Below are positions 39,213 to 51,560 of a DNA stretch of 64,000 bases, piece by piece. This stretch comes from Mustelus asterias (taxonomy: Eukaryota). Below the pieces are notes generated by a model, which had not been told where the DNA came from, did no database searches, and was given only the letters and a program-made list of their open reading frames with translations. A program made the position numbers and the translations under genes. How positions within the stretch are numbered: position 1 is the stretch's first letter; every line of letters begins with the position of its first letter. Where the stretch lies: positions 45,632,001 to 45,696,000 of the forward strand of contig NC_135805.1 in NCBI RefSeq assembly GCF_964213995.1, written 5' to 3'.

Positions 39213-39568
39213 GTGGCACAGTGTTTAGCACTGCTGTCTCACAGTGCCAGGGACCAGGGTTTGATTCCAGCCTTGGGTGCCCATCTGTGTGGAGTTTGCA
39301 CATTCTTTCCATATGTGCATGGGTTTCCTCCGGGTGCTCCGGTTTCCTCCCACAGTCCAAAGATGTGCAGGTTAGGTGGATTGGCCATGCTAAATTGCCC
39401 TTTAGTGTCCAACGATGTGTAGGTTAGGTCGATTTAGCCATGGTAAATGTGCAGGTTTAGGGAATAGTGTACAGGGGATGGACCTGTGTAAGATGCTCTT
39501 TTGGAGAGTTGGTGCAGACTTGATGGGCTGAATGACCTTCTTCTGCACTGTAGGGATTCTATGGTTCT
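39213..39568 (+). mobile_element. HE1/V-SINE type A
   Basis: Head, core and tail. Confidence 0.85.
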
Positions 39569-39643
39569 AATCCCAACATTTTCTGTGCCCCAAATGACTA
39601 AATCTTGAACACTCCTGAATTACCTCTTTTTTTGAAATGACAG

Positions 39644-39768
39644 GTATAATCTTGGACTCTGGGGATGGAGTCACGCACACTGTACCAGTCTATGAAGGGT
39701 ACAGCATCCCTCATGCTATACAACGCTTAAATTTGGCTGGTCGAGATCTCACAGACTATCTAAGAAAG
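39644..39768 (+). CDS. Actin domain exon 4 ([41 protein letters not shown]), residues 150-191
   Basis: Poly-T...gacag acceptor in phase 1, aag|gtgtgt donor; phosphate-2 loop DSGDGVTH. Not shown in the ORF track. Confidence 0.95.
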
Positions 39769-41300
39769 GTGTGTAAAATGTTTATTTTAAAATAGATAAT
39801 ACATCTGCAAGTTGGGTGGAAGTATCATAAACTGTAAGGACTGGAACTATTCAAGGAGAAGGTCCACTCCCAGTTCAGAACAACTCAGGATGCAGCTTAG
39901 CTGATATCACCCACATCACGAGAACAAATATTTCAAAATGTTTGCTACCCACCATGTAACGGCATCTATTCACCTTGACACAAATACATTTTTTTAGACA
40001 AAGGTATTAAGAATTACAGAACAAAGACAGGTAGATGGTATTAAGATGCAAATCAGCCGTGATATAATTGAATGGTTGAACAGGCTTGATAGCCTACTCC
40101 TGTATCAGTGTTCCTTCCCATAATTCATCATCATGACTTTATTTATGACCTTTGGCCTAATCCAGTTTTATTTTATAGTCAGTTTCCTCCAGGTGCTCCT
40201 GTTTCCTCCCACATCCAAAGGTGGATTGGCCATGCTAAATTGCCCCTTAGTGTCAGGGGAACTAGCTAGGGTAAATCCATGGGGTTGTGGGGATAGGGCC
40301 TGGGTGGGATTGTGGTCGGTTCAGACTCGATGGGCCGAATGGCCTTCTTCTGCACTGCAGGACTCTATGATTCCATGATTTGCACGTGACAATCGACTTA
40401 TCCATTTGGAATGAGAAGACCAAAAGAAAAGATCATTCAACATATCTATTGTCTTATCAATCCTCAGGAGACCCCCAAAATACTTTACAACCAGTTCACG
40501 GTGTTTGAAATGCAGCCATTGCACTAATTGAATCAAGTTGTTTGAAAGTTGCGATGGCGGTTCATCTCCATCTGCTTGAGGGTAATTAGGGTGGGCACTA
40601 AATGCTGATCTTGCCACCTGTGCCCACATCCCATGAACAATTTTTTAAAAAGTGGAAAACCAGTTCCCCTCCCTGGAAATCCGGCGGTATGTGTGTGTCG
40701 AAGTATTGTGTGAAAATCCAGTGGTTGGCCTGAGTGCTGTTTAAGACCGGAAAAGCTTAAGATGGCAATGCCATTTATGTTTGCACCCAGTGACACTGCG
40801 GCCTGTGGAGGAATCCAGCAATAACCTTTCTTGAGGTAGGTTTTTGCAGCACTGGAGGCAGCAATGTTGTATCGAACAATGGCTGTTGTGTATGCGGGGT
40901 GTAGCCCCTTTAAGAGGACGGATCAGGTGACCCGGGCAAGGGGTGACCTGCCTGGGAATCTGCCCCTACAGGCAGTTGAGGACTGGAGTGTGAGAAGAAC
41001 AGTTTGTCGATAAGCCCCTATTGTTCCTGTGGACTGCCTCAGTGTAAATTCTTTGGAGCTAACGCCCCCCACCACCTTCCCCCTCCTGCCCCGCCCCTTA
41101 ACAGGTTGTACCTTATTTTGGTTTTATGTCAAGAATATGTTCATACCATTACTTTTCCACGGCGAGAGTGAATGACAATTGGACCTTGGAGATTGTCTTG
41201 CATTTAGCAAAGTTTTATTGAAAGGGGAGCAATTTCCTCGCAGTTTGGTTTTCTACTCAGTCAATAAAAGTTAATTTTAAACGCCTTTCTGGTTTTACAG

Positions 41301-41488
41301 CTGTTGAAAGAAAGGGGTTATTCATTTAACACTTCCGCAGAGCGGGAAATTGTTCGAGATATCAAAGAGAAGTACTGTTATGTTGCCGAAGACTATGAAG
41401 CAGAACTGGGCAGCTTGGAAAATGGTGAAGAGCTGAACTACACGTTGCCAGATGGACAAATAATTACAATAGGCAACGAGAAGTTCAG
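41301..41488 (+). CDS. Actin domain exon 5 (LLKERGYSF...GNEKF), about residues 192-256
   Basis: ttttacag acceptor, ag|gtaacg donor in phase 2; [12 protein letters not shown] and YTLPDGQ motifs. Confidence 0.95.
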
Positions 41489-41776
41489 GTAACGTAACGA
41501 GAATGTGAATATGCCTCTGTTAGGAAAACGGATCAGGGATTATTTGAATCCTATGCGTCTAAGATCTCTGAATGTCATATTTCTGAAAAAGCATCCATCT
41601 CATGCTGGTGTAACCAGCGGGTTCACAGTTGTAGTTCCCTAATGTGATATATTGCCATTTCATCCATAGGATTAAGAAATATGGGGAAAGAAGTCAGGAG
41701 AATTATCTGTGTTCATAAACCTTCAAGCATTCTAGAAGTGGCATCAATGGAGCAAATGGTCCATGAAAGGGGAAGA

Positions 41777-42120
41777 AATCATAGAATCATAGAAACCCTA
41801 CAATACAGAAAGAGGCCATTTGGCCCATCAAGTCTGCACCGACCACAATCCCATCCAGGCCCTACCCCCATATCCCTACATATTTACCCACTAATCCCTC
41901 CAACCTACGCATCTCAGGACACTAAGGGCAATTTTTAGCATGGCCAATCAACCTAACCCGCACATCTTTGGACTGTGGGAGGAAACCGGAGCACCCAGAG
42001 GAAACCCACGCAGACATGAGGAGAATGTGCAGACTCCACACAGACAGTGACCCAAGCCGGGAATCGAACCCAGGTCCCCGGAGCTGTGAAGCAGCAGTGC
42101 TAACCACCGTGCTACCGTGC
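41777..42120 (-). mobile_element. HE1/V-SINE type A
   Basis: Near-identical to 10056-10401. Confidence 0.85.
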
Positions 42121-44197
42121 TGGGAGTAAAGGGAGTCTCCCTGTTGCAAGCAAATGTTTCAAGTTTATTTATTAGTGTCACAGGTAGAGGACCTGTAGGG
42201 ACTGCGAGTGGGGTGTGGGGGGGATGGCCTCTGCAGAGTTGTTCCTTGTTAATAAATACCCTTTGTGATCCTGATGAAGTCTACAGCTTGCATCGTTACA
42301 CCCAGCATTCCCCTATTGTCGATTATAAATTCTCCTGTCTCCACCTGTAGTGGACCCACATTTGCCCTTGCTAATCTTTTCCTTTTCACATGCTAAAGGA
42401 AGCTTTTACAGTTTGCCTTTATATTTCTCACTAGCTTGCAATCATATTTCCTTTTCCCTTTTCTTCTCAATCTCTTGCTCCTCCTTTTCTGGATTCTTAG
42501 TTGCTCGCAATCCTCGAGCTTACCACTCCTTCTGGCAACTTTAGAAGCCTTTGATCTCATGCAATCTTTCTCTTCTTTTGCGAGCCATGGTAGACTCACC
42601 GTTCCTGTTGGGTGTTTGTGTCAGGGAGGAAAATAAATTTGTTATTTGTGTCTCCCATTCCAGGATGGTTCCGAATTTGCATTAAGGGCTGGAATTTTAC
42701 CGCCCTGCCCGCCACGGGAATCGGAGCGGGCGAGGGGCGGACAATGGAAAGGTCCGCTGACCTCGGGCAGGAATTTACAGTTTTGGGATGAGCAAGGCCT
42801 TAAATTCCTGCCCAAAATGTGTGTGTCAGCCCTTATTCACACCTGCAAAGCAAGCGCTGTGACTAATCATGTAGTACAGATTATAATGACCTGTTTCTGC
42901 CTTCCCACCTTCAAACATCCTTACGCAATAAAGCATATTAGTGTGCAGCAAACTCAATGTTGCATTTTAGATCAAAGTCAATTTGTCTCTATTTTCCATT
43001 AAATTCTTTGAAAAATGTTAGTGAAGAGAAGATGAGTTACATTTCCATTGAAGATGAAATCGACAGTTTTGTGTAATTTTGCTTGCATGTAATATTAATG
43101 AATGCTTTCACCAACTAGCTGACGATCATAGTTTTATGTCCACCTTAAAGTCTCAAAGCTTCAGCTATTCTGCTGGGATCAAAGCAGCCTTTGAAGCTGC
43201 CTCTGCCCTACTCAAAACATATGTCCTTTTCGATATCTAGTGATGTGTAATGAGGTAGCAGGAATGATGCTGTGGCTCTGTGTTACGTTGTGCATTCTAA
43301 ACTTTACAGGTTTAAATTTTTTTTTAATCTTGCATGTATTTTCTTAAAACATTGCATGTGCAGGCTCCACCAGTTGTAGCAGACAGACTGGGCTATGGGG
43401 ACCATGGTAACGAGGTCCACTTAATCACAGTACAAGCCCATGTGTCAGGCTCCTGGTGGTGGGAAAACCTCCCCCGATTAAGTTGGAAGGCGATAAGGAC
43501 TGATGTGGGATTCCCAGCCACCTCCAGCAGCTTGTAGTTAGGCTCGTGAATGAGTCAACTGACACTCATTTAGTGATAGCTCGGGGCTGAAATGGAAGCC
43601 TCAGGGGCCTCCCACGCCCTTGAGGGTGAGGGATGCCACGTTGCGATCAGGCACTTTGCAGTAATGCCCAACTGAGGGACCAGGCATTGAGCAGGCAGGT
43701 GGCCCCTGAGAACTACCACCCCCCCGCCACTAACCGCCCCCCCCCCTCCATCCCCTCACTCATCTTGCCTTCGAACCCCCTCTCCCACAATGCCAGCCCA
43801 CCTCACTCAGCATTGGCCTTGGGTCTCTCTGCAATCCGGGAGGCCTCATGTGAGTGTCGTGTCGCTGGCAGCCATCACTTTCACTGGTGGCATAAGGAGA
43901 GTAAGAAGTCTCACAACACCAGGTTAGACTTCTTACTGTGCTTACCCCAGACCAACGCCGGCATCTCCACATCATGGTATAAGGAGCCATCAGCTTCTGA
44001 TTGGCTGGCAGCTCTCAGCGGGCCCAGGACCTCAGTCACAGAGAAGAGGTCTAGGCATCACCTCGGCCTGAAGAAAGCCGCTTGCAATTAAAGTTTCCAC
44101 TTTTATCTTGAGTGTCATTAATACTTGAAATTGGCCAATTAACTTGATCCTATCGTGTCTCCCACATGGAACTGACAGTGGCTGTAACATGATGCAC

Positions 44198-44490
44198 AGT
44201 GGCACAGTGGTTAGCACTGCTGCCTCACAGCGCCATGAACCTGGGTTCGATTCCCGGCTTGGGTCACTGCCTGTGCAGAGTCTGCACGTTCTCCCTGTGT
44301 CTGCGTGGATTTCCTCCAGGTTCCCTGGTTTCCTCCATGAAAGACGTGCTGGTTAGGTGCATTGGCCGTTCTCCCTCAGTGTACCTGAACAGGTACCAGA
44401 GTGTGGTGACTAGGGGATTTTCACAGTAACTTTATTGCAGTGTTAATGTAAGCCTACTTGTGGACAATAATAAATAATACTAAAACTAAA
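44198..44490 (+). mobile_element. V-SINE tail type B
   Basis: Head, core and type B tail. Confidence 0.8.
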
Positions 44491-44829
44491 AATGGCTGGG
44501 GAGGTTCTGAGGGAAGCTGTGGTGGGGCCTCTCACACGATTAAGCGGGCCTGGCACCCAGGATTCTTGCCTCAATGGGGCTGCATTAAATCCAGCCCAAG
44601 ACTTTGGTTTGACATTTCATCCAGAAGTCAGGGCTCTTCCTCGATAATGTGCTGAAGTGTCAGCCTAGATTTTTCTGTTCAAGTTTGTGGAATGGCTTCC
44701 ACCTTGCAGATCAAATTGCAGAGCACTGCTGATGCAGTGAGAAATGTATTCTATAATCTGAGATGTTAATTGCATGGTAATGATACTATGAACATAAAAG
44801 CCAATTGTAATGTTTCTCCCCTTGTCCAG

Positions 44830-44963
44830 AGCTCCAGAGATCTTATTTAGACCAGAGGTGATTGGAAGAGACCATTATGGAATTCATGAGAGTCTTCTCC
44901 GCGCCATTATTCTCTGTGATGTAGACCTGAGAAAAGTATTTGCTGCAAACATTATTCTTTCCG
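44830..44963 (+). CDS. Actin domain exon 6 (APEILFRP...NIILS), about residues 256-301
   Basis: tctccccttgtccag acceptor in phase 2, g|gtatgt donor in phase 1. Confidence 0.95.
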
Positions 44964-46139
44964 GTATGTTGGCTGATCACCTGTTTAAAATAAACTGGAA
45001 ATTGAACTGCCTAACGTAATATGGACAGATGAAGATTTTGTTGATTTTCTTTCGCTAGCTTTGTTCATGAAAATGTGTGGCAGGAATATTTTTCTATAAG
45101 GCAGCCTTTCAGCAGCTCATGCATTTCCCAGCCTTGTTTCTATTAGTAAGCTTATGGAAAACAATGTTAAAGAGCAATACCTTGCTAGACTGTCTGAAAG
45201 TGGACTTGGCTAAACACTCTGGTTAGAGGTATAGTTGAACTGTCTGTCTGCTCCACTGAATATCATTGTCATGTTCTAAGACTTTGGGGGTGATCTTACC
45301 AAAAAGATTCTAAGTGCCAAATGAGCATGAAATTGGGAGAAATTCACGCCGTTTTTTTGGGTGACTTACTCTGTCAAAAAAATGTGGCCAAACCGGTTTC
45401 TCACCGGCAGGGGGAGTGGGCGGGGACTAGCTCACCTGACATCCGGCTGCTAGCAGCAGAGGGGGCAATTGCACATGTGTAGATCTATGAGCACAGAGAT
45501 CTGTCCACAGAGATCTGTCACTGCTTCCCCCAGCTATAGCTGGCCCTACATGGCCAATCCCCACCCTCCGCCCACTATCACGGAGCCCTGATTTCTCGGC
45601 TCTCTTGCAACCTTACCTACATGCCCGCCCATCGGTCGGCAGGGCGAAATGGTAAGATACCCCCCTCTGACTTTTTGGAGAAGTGAATTCCAGTCAGGGG
45701 TACCAAGATCTGTTAAACATGAGTTATTTTCCCCATTTACTATTATTAGCTTGTTGAGATAATCGGAAAATCCCTCTTATCCTCTGTGTTGGAAAACTCT
45801 TTTGATCTATAATTGTTTAGTTCCAGAAGCAGGGGATATGGAGAGGGTCGTGGACACTAAGAGCCTCATCTAGGGGATTCAGCAGAGACTTTGCCGGGAC
45901 AGAAAGAGTCCAAAATAAGAAGGCACTGAAAGTCAGAATTCTTTTTTAATTTATTTTTTATGGGGCAGGGGCATCGCTGGCTCAGCCAGCATTTATTGCC
46001 CACCCCTAATTGCCCTTGAGAAGGCGATTGTGAGCTACCTTCTTGAACCGCCGCAGTCACTGTGGTGTAGTGCAGGTACACCCACAGTGCTGTTAGGGAA
46101 TTTCAGGATTTTGACCCAGTGACAGTGATCAAATATTTA

Positions 46140-46460
46140 TCTATCACATTCTTGAATCCACTATTGATTCTGCATCCACTGCACTCTGGGGCAGTGAGTT
46201 CAATAGATTCACAACCCTCTGAGAAGTAGCTTCTCCTTATCTCTGTCTTGAACCTCCCCTCTCTTACTCTACAAATATGACCTCTTGTCCTAGACTGTTC
46301 TAGAAGGGGGAGCATTTGGTTAACATTTACTTTATCAATCCCGTTGAGTATTTTATATACCTCAGTCAAATCCCCCCTCATTCTTCTGTACTCCAGTGAG
46401 TACAAGCCCAAGCTACTCAACCACTCCTCATACGTCAGCCCCTTGAAACCTGGAGTCAAT
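46140..46460 (-). mobile_element. Older CR1 fragment, antisense
   Basis: GLYSLEYRRMRGDLTEVYKIL. Confidence 0.75.
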
Positions 46461-46479
46461 CTCTCTCAAACCTACTGCA

Positions 46480-49400
46480 AGCTAATAAATTTAGTATCTG
46501 GAAAAAATAGTTTACATTTGGGGGAAGGGGATCAAAATGAGGTGACTGAGAGTGAGGAAGGTAGCTCGCAAACAGAGAAGGGTTATAGGCGGTGCAAGAG
46601 GGCGGATGGACAGGGAATAGAGAAGGGGAGAGCTCAGACCAAAGGATTGAGATGTGTTTACTTTAATGCCAGGAGCATAGTGAATAAAGGGGATGAGCTC
46701 AGAGCGTGGATCGATGCCTGGAAGTATGATGTGGTGGCCATTACGGAGACTTGGATGTCTCAGGGACAGGACTGGATACTCCAGGTGCCGGGATTCAGAT
46801 GTTTCAGGAAGGACAGGAAGGGAGGCAAGAGAGGGGGTGGAGTGGCACTGCTGATCAGGGATAGTGTCACAGCTGTAGAGAAGGTGTATGCTGTGGAGGG
46901 ATTGTCCACCGAGTCTCTGTGGGTGGAAGTTCGGAGTGGGAAGGGGCCGGTCACTTTGCTGGGAGTTTTCTATAGGCCGCCCAATAGTAACAGGGAAGTG
47001 GAGGAGCAGATAGGGAAACAGATCCTGGAGAGATGCAATAATAGCAGAGTTGTTGTGATGGGAGACTTTCATTTCCCAAACATAGATTGGAATATCCCTA
47101 GGGTAAGGGGATTGGATGGGGAAGAGTTCGTTAGGTATGTTCAGGAGGATTTCCTGACACAGCATGTGGACAAGCCTACAAGAGGAGAGGCTGTACTTGA
47201 TCTGATACTGACCAATGAACCTGGACAGGTGTCAGATCTCTCAGTGGGAGAGCATCTTGGGGATAGCGATCATAACTCAATCTCCTTTATGCTTGCATTG
47301 GAAAAAGAGAGGATCAGGCAAGCTAGGAAAGTGTTTATATGGAGTAAGGGGAAATATGAAGACATTAGACAGCAAATTAGAGGAGTAAATTGGAAGGAGG
47401 TATTCTCGGGGAAATGTACTGAAGAGAGGTGGCAGTTTTTCAAGGAATGTCTGTCTAGAGTTCTACAGGACAACGTTCCGAGCAGAGAGGGAGGTGTTGG
47501 TCGGCTAAAGGAACCGTGGTGCATGAAAGCTGTGCGGGACCTAGTCGAGAAGAAAAGGAAAGCGTACAAAAGGCTCAGAGAGCTTGGCGAAGATAGGGAT
47601 TTAGAAGAGTATACGGCTTGTAGGAAGGGACTAAAGAAGGAAATTAGGAGAGCCAGAAGGGGTCACGAGAAGGCCCTGGCAGGTAGGATTAAGGAGAACC
47701 CTAAGGCGTTCTATAAATATGTGAAGAGTAAAAGGATGAGACGTGACGGAATAGGACCTATAAAAGGTGAAGGCAGGAAAGTCTGTACGGAACCAGTAGA
47801 AATGGCAGAGGTGCTCAATGAGTATTTTGCCTCGGCTTTCACAGAGGAGAAGGACCTGGGTGGATGTACTGCGGGCGTGCGGTGGACTGAAAGGATTGAG
47901 TATGTGGACTTTAAGAAAGAGGTTGTGCTGGAATCTTTGAATGGCATCAAGATAGATAAGTCGCCGGGTCCGGATGGGATGTACCCCAGGTTACTGTGGG
48001 AGGCGAGGGAAGAGATTGCAGAGCCTCTGGCGATGATCTTTGCGTCGTCGATGGAGTCGGGAGAGGTGCCGGAGGATTGGAGGATTGCAGATGTGGTTCC
48101 TATTTTCAAGAAGGGGAATAGGGATAGCCCAGGTAATTACCGACCGCTGAGTCTAACCTCAGTGGTTGGTAAACTGATGGAGAAGATCCTGAGGGACAGG
48201 ATATATGAGCATTTAGAGGGGTTTACTATGCTCAAGAATACTCAGCATGGCTTTGTCAAGGGCAGATCGTGCCTTACGAGCCTGGTGGAGTTCTTCGAAA
48301 ATGTGACTAAACACATTGATGAAGGGAAGGCAGTAGATGTGGTTTATATGGATTTTAGCAAAGCGTTCGATAAGGTCCCCCATGCAAGGCTTCTAGAAAA
48401 AGTGAGAGGGCATGGGATCCAAGGGGCTGCTGCCCAGTGGATCCAGAACTGGCTTGCCCAAAGGAGGCAGAGAGTGGGTATAGATGGGTCTTTTTCTAAA
48501 TGGAGGTCGGTCACCAGTGGTGTGCCCCAGGGATCTGTTCTGGGACCCTTGCTGTTTGTCATTTTCATAAATGACCTGGATGAGGAAGCGGAGGGATGGG
48601 TTGGTAAGTTTGCCGATGACACGAAGGTTGGTGGGGTTGTGGATAGTCTGGAGGGATGTCAGAAGTTACAGAGGGACATAGATAGGATGCAAGGCTGGCA
48701 GATGGACTTCAACCCAGATAAATGCGTCGTGGTCCATTTTGGTAGGACAAATGGGATGAAGGATTACAATATAAAGGGAAAGACTCTTAGTACTGTAGAG
48801 GATCAGAAGGACCTTGGGGTCCGGGTCCACAGGACTCTGATATCGGCCCCGCAGGTGGAGGAGGTGGTTAAGAAGGCGTATGGTGTGCTGACCTTTATCA
48901 ATCGAGGGATTGAGTTTAGGAGTCCGGGGATAATGATGCAGCTATATAAGACCCTCGTCAGACCCCACTTGGAGTACTGTGCTCAGTTCTGGTCGCCTCA
49001 CTATAGGAAGGATATGGAAAAGATTGAAAGGGTGCAGAGGAGATTTACAAGGATGTTGCCTGGATTGAGTGGCATGCCTTATGAGGATAGGCTGAGGGAG
49101 CTCGGTCTTTTCTCCTCGGAGAGACGAAGGATGAGAGGAGACCTAATAGAGGTGTATAAGATGTTGAGAGGCATAGATTGGGTGGACTCTCAGAGGCTTT
49201 TTCCCAGGGTGGAAATGTCTGCTACGAGAGGACACAGATTTAAGGTGCTGGGGGGTAGGTACAGGGGAGATGTTAGGGGTAAGTTTTTCACACAGAGGGT
49301 GGTGGGCGAGTGGATTCGGCTGCCGTCAGGGGTGGTGGGGCGAACTCAATGGGGTCTTTTAAGAGACTCCTGGATGAGTACATGGAGCTTAATAGGATGG

Positions 49401-49498
49401 AGGGTTATAGGTAGGTCTAGAAGGTAGGGATGTGTTCGGCACAACTTGTGGGCCGAAGGGCCTGTTTGTGCTGTAGTTTTTCTATGTTTCTATGTTTC
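46480..49498 (+). mobile_element. Young CR1 LINE with almost intact ORF2 (APE endonuclease plus RT)
   Basis: YFNARS, ITETW, GDF, SDH endonuclease motifs; RT PQGSVLGP and KFADD; CR1 tail; small deletion near 48695 and frameshift near 49340. Confidence 0.95.
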
Positions 49499-50354
49499 TA
49501 AAATAGTATCCATCTTTTGTCTAGGCATGAATCACTTCAAACTTCTCTGTATTAAATTACATCCACTATTACCACATCTGCCCATTCTGCTAACCTTTCT
49601 ATGTCCTGTTGCAATCCAGTTGTATCATACTCCCTGTTTACCACACATGCAACTTCAAAAACATTGGCAAACGTTGAAACGTTGCCCTATATTCCAATAT
49701 TCGTGATTATATATATATATATATATATGATTGATATATAAATGGTCCTAGCACTGAACCTTGGGAAACACCGCTGTCTGCCATCCTCCAGCCTAAAAAA
49801 AGTAACTATTTACCATTTGTTGGCGGGGTTTCCAAGGTGGCTGGTACTGTCAGAAATCTCAGACAATACAAGATTCACGAAGCCAGTGTCTCAGTTTAAA
49901 GACATAATTTTTATTAGACCAGCGGCTGCTAGGAGACCATCAAAGAGTCAGAGCGGTTCTGAGATAGAGCAGCTAGACCTCTCCGATGAAATCTGATATA
50001 TATAATTCAAAACAGATCAATTATAGGTTTTCTTATCAATTACGCCCACCTTTCATTAGCTTCCCCCCTACCCTCACAAGCATTCCTATCTCCTGTTCAA
50101 ATATTGCAAAGCTGGAGCTGAGAAGATTTGTGCTCCTGTTGTTGTCTGTAAGTAAATCTGTCAACATGTCAAGGTAACGCAGAATTCATAGCCTGATCAA
50201 TGAATAATGGTATGAATTAATCGTGGGACATGGGCATCGCTGGCTGGCCAGCATTTATTGCCCATTTCTAGGTGCCCTTGTTCAGAGAGTAGTTGAGAGT
50301 CAACCACATTGCTGTGGGTCTGGAGATACATGTGGGCCAGACCAAGTAGGGCAG

Positions 50355-50995
50355 TAGAAAGGATCAAGAGCTTCAAGTTTTTAGGTGTCCAAATCACCAA
50401 CAACCTGTCCTTGTCCCTCCACGCCGACACTATAGTTAACGAAGCCCACCAGCGCCTCTACTTTCTCAGAAGACTAAGGAAATTTGGCATGTCAGCTACG
50501 ACTCTCACCAACTTTTACAGATGCCTCATAGAAAGTATTCTTTCTGGTTGTATCACAGCTTGGTATGACTCCTGCTCTGCCCAAGACCACAAGAAACTAC
50601 AAAAGGTCGTGAATGTAGCCCAATCCATCACCCAAACCAGCCTCCCATCCATTGACTCTGTCTACACTTCCCGCTGCCTCAGCAAAGCAGCCAGCATAAT
50701 TAAGGACCCCACGCACACCGGACATTCTCTCTTCCGCCTTCTTCCTTCGTTAAAAAGATACAAAAGTCTGAGGTCACATAACAACCGACTCAAGAACAGC
50801 TTCTTCCCTGCTGCTGTCAGACTTTTGAATGGACTTACCTTGCATTAAGTTGATCTTTCTCTACACCCTTGCTATAACTGCAACACTACATTCTGCGCTC
50901 TCTCATTTCCTTCTCTATGAACGGTATGCTTTATCTGTATAGTGCGTAAGAAACAATACTTTTCACTGTATGTTAATACATGTGACAATAATACA
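50355..50995 (+). mobile_element. Rex1/Babar-like LINE 3' fragment nested in a family C SINE (50215-51203, minus)
   Basis: FKFLGVQI...AHQRLYFLRRLRKFG...IESILSGCITAWY...RLKNSFFP. Confidence 0.8.
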
Positions 50996-51560
50996 TCAGG
51001 TAAGGACAACACATTCGTGAACCAGATGGGTTTTTCCGACAAACAATGGTTTCATGGTCATCGGTAGATTCTTAATTCCAAAAATTTTTTATTCAATTCA
51101 AATCCACCATTTGCAGAGGTGGGATTTGAACCCAGGTCTCCAGAACAATAGCTGAGTTTCTGGATTAATAGTCCAGTGATAATACCACTCGGCCATTGCC
51201 TCCACCTTTTCACCATCTCATTCTGTGGAAGACTTATGACCTTCGGTGAGTGCTCAGTTATTCGGGTGTCAGTAGCAGTAGCAATTTGGTGAAACTGTCC
51301 AATTAAAAGTAGTTTTCAACGCTTTTTCCCATTGTTCTGTGAAGTGGCAATTTTCAAGTGAGTAACTGAGCCAAGTAGGCCCAGGAAGATTCCAGATTCC
51401 TCGCCCAGGTAGTCAGATCTCAGTCAAGATCGCAGTGAGTGTCTTGCAATCGAATTGTGGAAGGAGAAAATTAGTTAAGGAGAAGGAACTATTACTAAAC
51501 TAAAAATTAAGGTGCTGTTGCCATAAAAAGGCCTTTTCAGACCTGTTTACTTTCTTAAAG

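Noticed and set aside
46344-46640. N-terminal extension making a 1027-aa novel RT protein
   Set aside because: Chance read-through from an antisense CR1 fragment and the pre-ORF2 region into CR1 ORF2.
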